Below are positions 56,161 through 64,000 of a DNA stretch of 64,000 nucleotides, piece after piece. Within the stretch, counting starts at the first letter, position 1. Every line of letters starts with the position of its first letter. The stretch comes from an uncultured delta proteobacterium (GTDB lineage: Bacteria > Desulfobacterota > Binatia > UBA9968), in the NCBI GenBank assembly GCA_963745035.1, contig CAVUVW010000015.1, positions 192,001-256,000 on the forward strand, written 5' to 3'. The notes under the pieces were generated by a model. The model did no database searches, had not been told where the DNA came from, and worked only from the letters and a program-made list of their open reading frames with translations. Position numbers and translations under genes: made by a program.

Positions 56161-57424
56161 TCAGCGCTTTTTCTCTGCCGCGGCCCTTTTTCTTCCTCTC
56201 ACCAGCATCGGACTTGGCATCATCCTTGGCCAAATCCTTGACCTCGATCCGCGAACCCGGCCCAAGCAAAAACTGCCCTTCGCGGACAACCACCTCGCCT
56301 GCGCTGAGGCCCTTGGCGACCACAGCCTGGCCTTCTTGCGTCCGCCCCACGGTCACCGACCGCATCTCAACCCGTTTATCTTCCTTGACGACAAAAACCT
56401 GTTGTCCTTCCGGCCCGACTTGAATCGCTTCGGAGGGTATGACTACGGCATCGCCTTGCGTCGCCAAGGTCAAAGACACGTTGACAAATTGTCCGGGCCA
56501 CAACCTTCGTTCGCTATTGATAAATTCCGCCTTTAATTTGATGGTCCCGGTCGAGCGGTCAACCGCGTTGTCGACGAAAGCCAAAAAGCCTTCCTCCGCC
56601 CGGCCTTCATCCGACTGAAAGGTCGCCTCGGCTCTTAGCCTGCCTCCAGCCATGTGCCGCTTGAGATCGGCCAGATGATGTTCGGGCACGGCGAAGCTCA
56701 CGTTGATCGGGTTGATCTGGTTGATAATCACCAGCGGTGCTGCGTCATTGACGCGCACGAGGTTGCCTTCGTTGACCAGCAGGCTGCCGACTCGTCCATT
56801 GACCGGTGAATAAATATAGCAGTAGCTCAGCTGAACTTTGGCGTTTTCGACCGCCGCTTTGTCGGCATCGACGACCGACTCAGCGGCATCGGCGTTGGTT
56901 TTGATCAAATCGTATTGTTCACGGGAAACGTACTGCTTTTCGACCAGCTCGGCGTAGCGCCGCACCTGCTCGCGTAGGTTTTTCAATTGCGCCGTATCGC
57001 GCGCCAGGTTCGCTTCGGCCTGCTTGACCGCCGCCTCGAAGGGACGAGGGTCGATGGTGAAAAGCAATTGGCCCTTTTTGACGTCCTGCCCCTCTTTGAA
57101 GTGCGCTTGATTGAGGACGCCGGTAACCTGACTCTTTACCGATACGATCGAGTAAGCTTCGACATTGCCGACTGCGCGCAGTTGCAGTGGCATCGACTTC
57201 TGCACGGCGGTAGCCACCAGCACCGGTACCGCTTCGCGGGCTCGGCCGCCACCACCGGCTCCTCGTTGACCTCCGCTGGTCCCAGCCGCCCGCGGCGTGC
57301 CTTCGCTAGGTTTCGCTTCCGCACCGTCCTTCGGTTTGTTCAGGGACCAGGATTGGTATTGTTGAAAACCGGCAAAGCCCAACACGACAACTACAAATGC
57401 AAGAATCCAGAGGGAGCGTTTCAT
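56161..57424 (-). CDS. Efflux membrane-fusion protein (MdtA-like); probable extra G near 56185
   Basis: VKSQVTG, EGQDVKKG, IYSPVNG, DNAVDRSTGT, LWPGQFV; corrected end KKKAAAEKKR-stop removes a 104-nt overlap with the RND gene. Confidence 0.9.
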
Positions 57425-57455
57425 AGCGACTTCTGCCAAACCCTTTCTGGGTGGG

Positions 57456-58856
57456 CTATTTGATCGACCCTTGCTTCAAGACTCCGATCCGGTTGTCTCC
57501 CATCGCTCGCGCCAGCTGCGCGTCGGCGATCTTGTACTCGTAAATTGTGCGTATATAGGTGGTTTGTGCGTCCGTGTAAAGAGTCTCCGCGTCGGTAACT
57601 TCGATGATCGAGCCGACCCCGACCTGGTAGCGACCCTGAGCCAAATCGAGATTTTCCTTTGCCGCCCTGGCTGCTGAATCGGTCGCTTTGATCCGTTCTT
57701 GCAATTCCACGACCCTAAGGTAGCTCTGCTCGACTTCCAGCGCAATCAGCTGCCGCCGATCCTCTTCCTGGGCGCGGATGTTGTAATAGTTGTGCAACGT
57801 CTCCTCCACCCGGTTGGTCGTGCGGAAGCCGTCAAAGATGGGAATATTGAAGTTTAGCCCGACCGTCCAGGTCGGCTGCAACGGAAATGTATTCAGAGTC
57901 CGGCCGTTGATCTGCTGATCGCTGACGTGCCGGCGGCCATAACTCGCGTCGAAGAGCAAGTCGGGCAGGTGCCCTCGCCGCGCCGTGGCGATCAGTTGAT
58001 CCGACGCCTTGCGCTGAGACTCGAAGCTCTTCAATTCGGTCCGCACATCGAAGGCGACGGTTCTCGCGCCCGCCAGATTCATCGACAGCTCCACTTCCGG
58101 CGAATCAGGGGCGACCGGCTGTTCGGGAAGCCGCGGCGATCCCATGGCGTTGCGCAAAGTCACCCAGGCGATCTTGACCGCATTCTCGGCCGCTATCAGA
58201 TCCGCTTGCGCGCTGAAGAGGTTGGCCTCGGCGCGCGCGACATCGATGCGCGCCCGGGTGCCCACTTCATAGAAACCCCGGGCTTGGCGCACCAGCAAGT
58301 CACGGCTGCGAACCGTCTCTTGGCGCACTCTGACGAGTTCTTGAGCGCCGAGATAAACGTAGTAAGCCTGCTTGATCGCTAAAACGATGTCCTGAGTGGT
58401 GGTCGCGTAGTCTTGTCTAGTCGCATCCAATGTGTCGCGCGCAGCCTGAACGTTGCCCTCCCGTTTGCCGAAGTTATACAGAGTCATGTTGAAGCTTGCC
58501 TGGCTGGAAAAAGTGTCGTTGGCGCGGTCGGCGCCGCCGCTCGTGCTGCTTTGCGAGGTTTGATAACGGTTGTTGAAATTGATGGTCGGGTAGTACGCCG
58601 CCATTTGCTGGCCCAAGACCGCCTCTTGAGAGCCGACCCGCTCGTTCGCCGATTTGATTCTCGGATGATTGTCCAAGCCGATCCGGACGGCGTCTTCGAT
58701 GGTCAGCAGCTTGCCCGTCGGCGAAAGCGAACCCTGAGTTGAAGGCGCTGCCTGAACTTGCAACTGAATCTCCGCGGCCGCAACCAGCCGAACGGTACCT
58801 CCCTTCACGATTGCCATCGCCACCAGTCCAAGTACAAAGACTTTCCATGCGATCAT
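57456..58856 (-). CDS. tolC: TolC-family outer-membrane efflux protein
   Basis: Two OEP repeats (YYPTI..LYNFG; HLPDL..IPIFDG), RYQVGVGS. Confidence 0.9.
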   Translation of the reverse strand: MIAWKVFVLGLVAMAIVKGGTVRLVAAAEIQLQVQAAPSTQGSLSPTGKLLTIEDAVRIGLDNHPRIKSANERVGSQEAVLGQQMAAYYPTINFNNRYQTSQSSTSGGADRANDTFSSQASFNMTLYNFGKREGNVQAARDTLDATRQDYATTTQDIVLAIKQAYYVYLGAQELVRVRQETVRSRDLLVRQARGFYEVGTRARIDVARAEANLFSAQADLIAAENAVKIAWVTLRNAMGSPRLPEQPVAPDSPEVELSMNLAGARTVAFDVRTELKSFESQRKASDQLIATARRGHLPDLLFDASYGRRHVSDQQINGRTLNTFPLQPTWTVGLNFNIPIFDGFRTTNRVEETLHNYYNIRAQEEDRRQLIALEVEQSYLRVVELQERIKATDSAARAAKENLDLAQGRYQVGVGSIIEVTDAETLYTDAQTTYIRTIYEYKIADAQLARAMGDNRIGVLKQGSIK

Positions 58857-58980
58857 AGAGTGAATTCCTCCTCGATCAAACGCCCGCAGAATATATGGGT
58901 TTTACTCCGCGAAAGCAAAAACTGCGCAGGTGCGCGGCAGGCCGAGCTTTTGCGGCGTAAAGTGGGGTCGCGAGGCGCGC

Positions 58981-59760
58981 TCAGGGCAGCAATCCGAAGA
59001 TCCGCAAAGGCGCGCCGCTGCCGCCCTTGATCTTCATCGGTATGGCGAAAACCGTCGCGCCTTTGGGCGGAAGAAGCTCCAAGCGCGCCACGTTTTCGAA
59101 GACCGGCACATTGGCGGCGCCGAGGATTTGATGGGCGCGGAAATCCGTCGACGGCCCGTGGTCGATGCTCGGCGTATCGATGCCGACCGCCTTCACGCGC
59201 CGCTGTCTGACGAGAAACTCGGCTGCTTGCGGCGACAGGCCCGGGAAATGAAGATCCGTGACGTTGCCGGGCTCGTCGGTGCCAAAATAGCGTTTGCGAT
59301 CGCCCCAGTACCGGCCCCAGCCCGAACGGATTAGAACAATCGTCCCCGCTGGCAGTCTGCCACGCGCCTTTTCCCAGGCGCGGATGTCGCCTACCTCCAC
59401 AAGATAGTCGGGGTTTTTTTCGCTTTGCCGCCGCACGTCGATCACCGCGGCCGGTCCGATGGTTTGCGATAAAGGAATTTGCTCCGTAGTCCACTTGCCT
59501 TCGGCGAAGTGAAACGGCGCGTCCAGGTGAGTGCCGACGTGCTCCGAGCCGCCGTAATTATAGGAGGAATACCAGAATCCCGCCGGCGTGCGTCCTTCGC
59601 TCACTTTTTCTAAATGGAATGGCTTTCCCGTCGGCCAGTAAAGCGTTTCCTCGCTAAACGAATAGGTCAGATCGACGAGCTTCTTGTCGTCGATGGCGTA
59701 GGCCGGCGACAGGGAAAGTGCGAGAGCCAAACATAACGCGGCCAGCGTCTTCATCATCAT
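58981..59760 (-). CDS. Cyclase/kynurenine-formamidase-family metallohydrolase with signal peptide
   Basis: HVGTHLDAPFH, GIDTPSID, FENVA, GGSGAPLR; signal ending AYA. Confidence 0.9.
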   Translation of the reverse strand: MMMKTLAALCLALALSLSPAYAIDDKKLVDLTYSFSEETLYWPTGKPFHLEKVSEGRTPAGFWYSSYNYGGSEHVGTHLDAPFHFAEGKWTTEQIPLSQTIGPAAVIDVRRQSEKNPDYLVEVGDIRAWEKARGRLPAGTIVLIRSGWGRYWGDRKRYFGTDEPGNVTDLHFPGLSPQAAEFLVRQRRVKAVGIDTPSIDHGPSTDFRAHQILGAANVPVFENVARLELLPPKGATVFAIPMKIKGGSGAPLRIFGLLP

Positions 59761-59803
59761 TAGCCTCCCGGGCGGCGATAAAATTTCAAATAGCAAAAAA
59801 GCT

Positions 59804-60250
59804 CTAGCGGTTTTTCTGGAGGGATTCGAGGCGCCGCCGCGCGTCGGCGAAATCGGGATTGATTTTAAGCGCGGCTTCGAAGGATTCGGCCGCCTCCGGG
59901 GCCCGCCCGGCGTCGGCCAGCGTCCGGCCCAACTCGTAATGGGCAACGTCGTCATTCGGGCAGATCGCCAAGCCTTGGCGATAGAGCGTAATGGCCTCCT
60001 CGCGGTTGGTCGCTACCTGGGCCTTGTCGAAAAAGTCGCGGAAAGCCCGCACGCAATCTTTCTGCCTCTCGTCCTGGATTTGCTGGCCGGCGGCGATCGC
60101 TTCCAATTCTTTTCGCTGCCGCGCGATTTCCAGCTCCTGCTGCTTGATCTGCTCAGCCTGTTTTTCCAGCACCTCGCCCAGGCAGCCGCTCAGCACCAAC
60201 GCGGCCAGATACAACGACGAGAAAGTTAACCGGGCTGACTGTGCTCTCAT
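59804..60250 (-). CDS. Small TPR lipoprotein
   Basis: Lipobox LSGC, coiled coil, two TPRs. Confidence 0.75.
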   Translation of the reverse strand: MRAQSARLTFSSLYLAALVLSGCLGEVLEKQAEQIKQQELEIARQRKELEAIAAGQQIQDERQKDCVRAFRDFFDKAQVATNREEAITLYRQGLAICPNDDVAHYELGRTLADAGRAPEAAESFEAALKINPDFADARRRLESLQKNR

Positions 60251-60255
60251 GATTT

Positions 60256-62586
60256 TCAATCGATGGGCGGAACGCTTTCGGCCAGGCTAAGATAAATCTT
60301 TTCAGCTTTGATCGGCAAATCTTTGATGCGCACGCCGACGGCGTCGTAGATCGCGTTGGCGATCGCCGGCGCGACGGGGATGAGCGCGCTTTCGCCGATG
60401 CCTTTTGCGCCGAAGGGGCCGTTTCGGTCCGGCGTTTCCACGCAAATCGGATCGATCACCGGCGGCATGTCGCCGAGCGATGGCAGCACGTAATCGACCA
60501 GATTGGGGTTGATGAGCTGGCCGTTGTCGTAGGCGATCTCTTCGAAGATCGCTTGGCCGATGCCGGTGATCGCCGCGCCGGCAAGTTGCTGTCGGCAGCT
60601 GAGCGGATTGAGCGCCTTGCCCACATCGACCGCGGTGGCGTACTTGAGTAGCCTGAACTTGCCGGTGTCGGTGTCCACTTCGACTTCGGCCGCTCCCGCG
60701 GCGAGAAACCAAAACGCTGAAGTGCTCTTCTCGCCGAACTCGTCTTTGGTCAACGTCTTCACTTGCCCGTCGCCGACCAAGGTGCCGCCCTGCATGCCGA
60801 AGCGCTTGAACATCACTTCGGCATAATCGACCGCGGCCTCCGGCAGCCGCACTTTGCCGTCGGCGAAGCTGATCTTGTCTTCGGGAACACCGTATTCTTT
60901 CGCGGCGATTTGTCTAAGCTGGCGCTGGATATCCTGGGCGGCTAATTGAACCGCTTTGCCCATGTGAAAAGTCGAGCGGCTCGATGAAGTGGTGAGATCG
61001 TACGGCACCACGTCGGTATCGACCCCCAGCACTTGAATCTTCCCGATCGGAATTCCCAACTCCGCGCCGGCAATCTGCGCCATCACCGTGTCCGACCCCT
61101 GCCCCATCTCCACCGTGCCTATATAAATGGACAGACTCGCATCCTCGTTGAGCTTCACCACCGCGCAGGAAATCGACGGCGTGATCGTCGCCTTGATCAT
61201 GCACGCCAGCCCCTTGCCGCGCCGAATGCTTCCGTCGTTGAACTGTTGAACCTTTGAACTCTTGAACCTAGTGGAATCCCATCCGATCGACCTAGCGACC
61301 TCATCGAGACATTCCTTCAATCCGACGGCGCGCAGTGTTTCATCCGTGACAAACTTATCGCCCTCGTCGTAGCCGTTCTTCTTACGCAGCTCGAGGGGAT
61401 CCATCTTCAGTGCGGCGGCGATGATGTCCATCTGCGATTCGACGGCCCAGGCGGATTGCGATACGCCGAAGCCGCGAAAGGCGCCCGCCGGCGGCTTGTT
61501 GGTGTAGATGGAATAGGAATCAATTTTAAGATGGGGAATCCGATACGGACCCGCGGCCGTGTAACCGGATTTCTTAGCGACGCGCGGCCCGATCTCGGCA
61601 TAGGCGCCGGTGTCGAGATGGATCTCGCACTCGCGCGCCACCAAAGTGCCGTCTTTTTTGACGCCGGTCTTCATGCGGATCACCGCGGCGTGTTTGGTGA
61701 TCGTGTAGAAAACTTCCTCGCGCGACAGAACGACGCGAACCGGCCTGCCGGCCTTTTGCGCAAGCGCAACCGTGATCGGCTCAACCTTCGGATAAACTTT
61801 GCCGCCGTAGCCGCCGCCGAGATAAGGAACGATCACGCGAACCTTGGATACCGGCACTTTAAAAATATTGGCGAGCTGGGTGCGCACGACGAACGGATTT
61901 TGCGTCGTCGCCCACACCGTGATGCGCCCGCCAGGCTCCACCGAAGCGATGCACGCATGGGTTTCCAAAAAACTGTGTTGGGTCGCCGGCAGAGTAAAGG
62001 TGTCTTCGAAAATCTGATCCGCCTCGGCGAATCCTTTGGCGATGTCACCGCGATGAAGCTTGAAGTGGGTGCAAATATTCGTGCCTTCCACCGGTTTGAT
62101 CTCGGCGAGATCGGCAAAGCCCGAGCTTGGTAATTTTACCGAGTCATGGACCAGAGTCGCTTTCGCGTCCAGAGCTTCACCCACGTCGAGTACGGCGGGC
62201 AGCTCCTCGTAATCGACTTCGATGAGCGCCAGCGCTTCTTCCGCGGCATCGACGGTCAACGCGGCCACCGCCGCCACAGGATCACCCACATGCCTGACTT
62301 TATCGACGGCGACGATCGTCTGATCCTTGAATACGGGACCGTAGAAAGGTTCGATCCCTTCGTCGTGCAGAATGTCGTCGCGCGTGATCACCGCTACGAC
62401 GCCGGCAACTTTCGCCGCTTTGGACGCATCGATGCGCTTGATCCGCGCATGCGGATACGGGCTGCGCAGGATCTTGCCGTGGCACATGCCGGGAACGCTC
62501 ATGTCCGCAAGATACTGGGCTTTGCCAGTTACTTTGGTTTCGTAATCCAGCCGACGTACGGTTTTGCCGATTTGCGTGGTTTCCAT
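60256..62586 (-). CDS. Xanthine-dehydrogenase-family molybdopterin subunit
   Basis: RSPYPHA, GGGYGGK, AFRGFG, EMGQG, GAKGIGE, PAIANA. Confidence 0.95.
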   Translation of the reverse strand: METTQIGKTVRRLDYETKVTGKAQYLADMSVPGMCHGKILRSPYPHARIKRIDASKAAKVAGVVAVITRDDILHDEGIEPFYGPVFKDQTIVAVDKVRHVGDPVAAVAALTVDAAEEALALIEVDYEELPAVLDVGEALDAKATLVHDSVKLPSSGFADLAEIKPVEGTNICTHFKLHRGDIAKGFAEADQIFEDTFTLPATQHSFLETHACIASVEPGGRITVWATTQNPFVVRTQLANIFKVPVSKVRVIVPYLGGGYGGKVYPKVEPITVALAQKAGRPVRVVLSREEVFYTITKHAAVIRMKTGVKKDGTLVARECEIHLDTGAYAEIGPRVAKKSGYTAAGPYRIPHLKIDSYSIYTNKPPAGAFRGFGVSQSAWAVESQMDIIAAALKMDPLELRKKNGYDEGDKFVTDETLRAVGLKECLDEVARSIGWDSTRFKSSKVQQFNDGSIRRGKGLACMIKATITPSISCAVVKLNEDASLSIYIGTVEMGQGSDTVMAQIAGAELGIPIGKIQVLGVDTDVVPYDLTTSSSRSTFHMGKAVQLAAQDIQRQLRQIAAKEYGVPEDKISFADGKVRLPEAAVDYAEVMFKRFGMQGGTLVGDGQVKTLTKDEFGEKSTSAFWFLAAGAAEVEVDTDTGKFRLLKYATAVDVGKALNPLSCRQQLAGAAITGIGQAIFEEIAYDNGQLINPNLVDYVLPSLGDMPPVIDPICVETPDRNGPFGAKGIGESALIPVAPAIANAIYDAVGVRIKDLPIKAEKIYLSLAESVPPID
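61238..61269. repeat. 8-mer tandem array translated inside Mo subunit
   Basis: ttgaactg/ttgaacct/ttgaactc/ttgaacct encodes RFKSSKVQQFN. Confidence 0.85.
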
Positions 62587-62590
62587 CGTA

Positions 62591-63055
62591 TTAGCTCCGC
62601 GCCGCATTCCTCACCGCTTGCATGATTTCCTGATAGCAACCGCAGCGACAGAAATTGCCCGCGAGGTAATCGCGAATCTGCTCGTCGGACGGTCGCGGAT
62701 TCTCATCGAGCAGCGCCTTCGCGGTGAGAATGAAACCCGAGGTGCAGTAGCCGCACTGCAGCGCGCCGAACTCCATGAATGCTTCCTGCAGCGGATGAAG
62801 CTTGTCGCGCGCGCTCAATCCTTCGATGGTGAGAACTTCACAGCCGTCGGCATCCGCCGCCAACATCGAGCAGGCGCTCACCGGTTTGCCGTCGACCAGC
62901 AATGTGCAGGCGCCGCAGACTTGAATATCACAGCCGAGCTTCGCGCCGGTAAGTCCGAGCTGATCGCGGACCGTGTCGAGAAGCGTCGTGCGCGCCTCGA
63001 CTTCGAGGCTGCGTTCCTGGCCGTTAACTATAAGCGAAATCGTCTTCCGATTCAT
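62591..63055 (-). CDS. XDH-family 2x[2Fe-2S] subunit
   Basis: GCDIQVCGACT, QCGYCT, CRCGCY. Confidence 0.95.
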   Translation of the reverse strand: MNRKTISLIVNGQERSLEVEARTTLLDTVRDQLGLTGAKLGCDIQVCGACTLLVDGKPVSACSMLAADADGCEVLTIEGLSARDKLHPLQEAFMEFGALQCGYCTSGFILTAKALLDENPRPSDEQIRDYLAGNFCRCGCYQEIMQAVRNAARS

Positions 63056-63160
63056 TCTTTAATCACTCTGACAGTCCGCAATGGAATTTTTGATGTGCGT
63101 CAGCGTTTCGCATGACCCGGTGCGTTAAAACCACATCACTCGATGCACAAATCACCTGGA

Positions 63161-63239
63161 TGTCATGCTGAGCGAAAGCGAAGCATCTGCCTTTTCCAAA
63201 TGTGAAAAGCAGATTCTTCGGCTACGCCTCAGAATGACA
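63161..63239. repeat. Complete two-hairpin palindromic (REP/RPE-like) element
   Basis: tgtcatgctgagcgaaagcgaagcatctgc ... gcagattcttcggctacgcctcagaatgaca. Confidence 0.8.
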
Positions 63240-63328
63240 TTCTGCTACCCTCCTCAGGAAAGCGAAGGAACTCGGAACAATACATCAAAATGATCATACT
63301 TAACTTAGCGAACTCGCGAAACATGCGC

Positions 63329-64000
63329 TCACAGTGCCTTTTCGTATGCCGTCCCTAACGCCCGCTTCACTAACGTGCCGATGATCGCGCGTTTGTACCG
63401 TTCCGACCCGCGCAGATCGCTCGTTGGACTGCACTCTTGAGCTGCTGAGGCAGCGGCTTCCCCGATTAGCTCCGCTGTAAGTTTCTTTCCACCGATCAAA
63501 GCTTCAGCCTTGCGCGCACGCACCGGCGTCGGTCCGACGCAGCCGAGCACGATGCGCGCAAATTGAACGGATTCACCATCCAACGACAGACGCGCCGCCA
63601 CGCCGGCGGACGGTTTATCGACCACCGAGCTGCTGGAGAAGCGCATGTAATCAATTCCGGATTTCGCCGGCAGCGGCGGGAGCACGACTTGCGTGATGAT
63701 TTCGTCTTCGGCCAAACTGGTCGTATAAAAGTCAAGGAATAAATCTTCGACAAGAGCGGTGCGCTCGCTCGTCGGCCCGATGATTTTCAACCTGCCGTCA
63801 AGCGCGATAAAAATTTGCGCTAGATCGGTCAGCGGCTCGCCGGACGCAAGGTTGCCGCCGACCGTGCCCATGTTGCGCACGCGAATGTTGGCGACTTCCC
63901 TTTCTGCTTCGCAAAGGACCGGGAACTTTTCTCTAACCACCGCCGACGTCTCGAGCTCTCGATGGGTGACCAGCGCGCCGATGATCAGCCCTTCTCCGTT
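63329..64000 (-). CDS. XDH-family FAD subunit (5' end outside window)
   Basis: IGALVTH, VANIRVRNMGTVGGN, PTSDLRGSERYK. Confidence 0.93.
   Translation of the reverse strand, partial: NGEGLIIGALVTHRELETSAVVREKFPVLCEAEREVANIRVRNMGTVGGNLASGEPLTDLAQIFIALDGRLKIIGPTSERTALVEDLFLDFYTTSLAEDEIITQVVLPPLPAKSGIDYMRFSSSSVVDKPSAGVAARLSLDGESVQFARIVLGCVGPTPVRARKAEALIGGKKLTAELIGEAAASAAQECSPTSDLRGSERYKRAIIGTLVKRALGTAYEKAL

Noticed and set aside
60256-62586. Aerobic CO dehydrogenase CoxL
   Set aside because: Active-site loop is AFRGFG, not AYxCSFR (form I) or AYRGAGR (form II).

Overview
GC-rich bacterial chromosomal segment, probably metagenome-derived. Gene content (orphan NitT/TauT, Fe-type and TctC solute-binding proteins, futalosine-type UbiD/UbiA, XDH-family enzymes, TPR lipoproteins) suggests a delta-proteobacterial-like lineage such as Ca. 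Binatia; this is an inference only. In order: a MoxR/DUF58 cluster below greA; a TPR-LolB-like-oppABC/oppDF operon split by a ~6.3 kb hydrolase/SDR/CMD/SBP block; paired TPR lipoproteins; tauE-ubiA-ubiD; two convergent GT-C-type membrane proteins; PrpD, SBP, TctC; ZIP, Tat-DUF362, prenyltransferase-repeat protein, murU-amgK; split NAD synthetase, rsmI, acylphosphatase, RRM protein, ligA; a Cys-rich porin; BamD with a long repeat-bearing tail; TolC-MFP-RND-MFP; cyclase; XDH-family subunits. Signals missing from the ORF track: (1) a 74-aa glutaredoxin-like UXX-star selenoprotein with two in-frame UGA codons, each followed by a SECIS-like hairpin (40565-40789, minus); (2) a promoter plus intrinsic terminator in the greA leader; (3) six 7-9-nt-period tandem micro-arrays, three as inverted pairs and several translated in frame; (4) two inverted copies of a ~100 bp MITE and nested palindromic mini-elements; (5) ten genes each carrying exactly one extra base, probably long-read errors. 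No rRNA, tRNA, CRISPR array, transposase or integrase was recognised.
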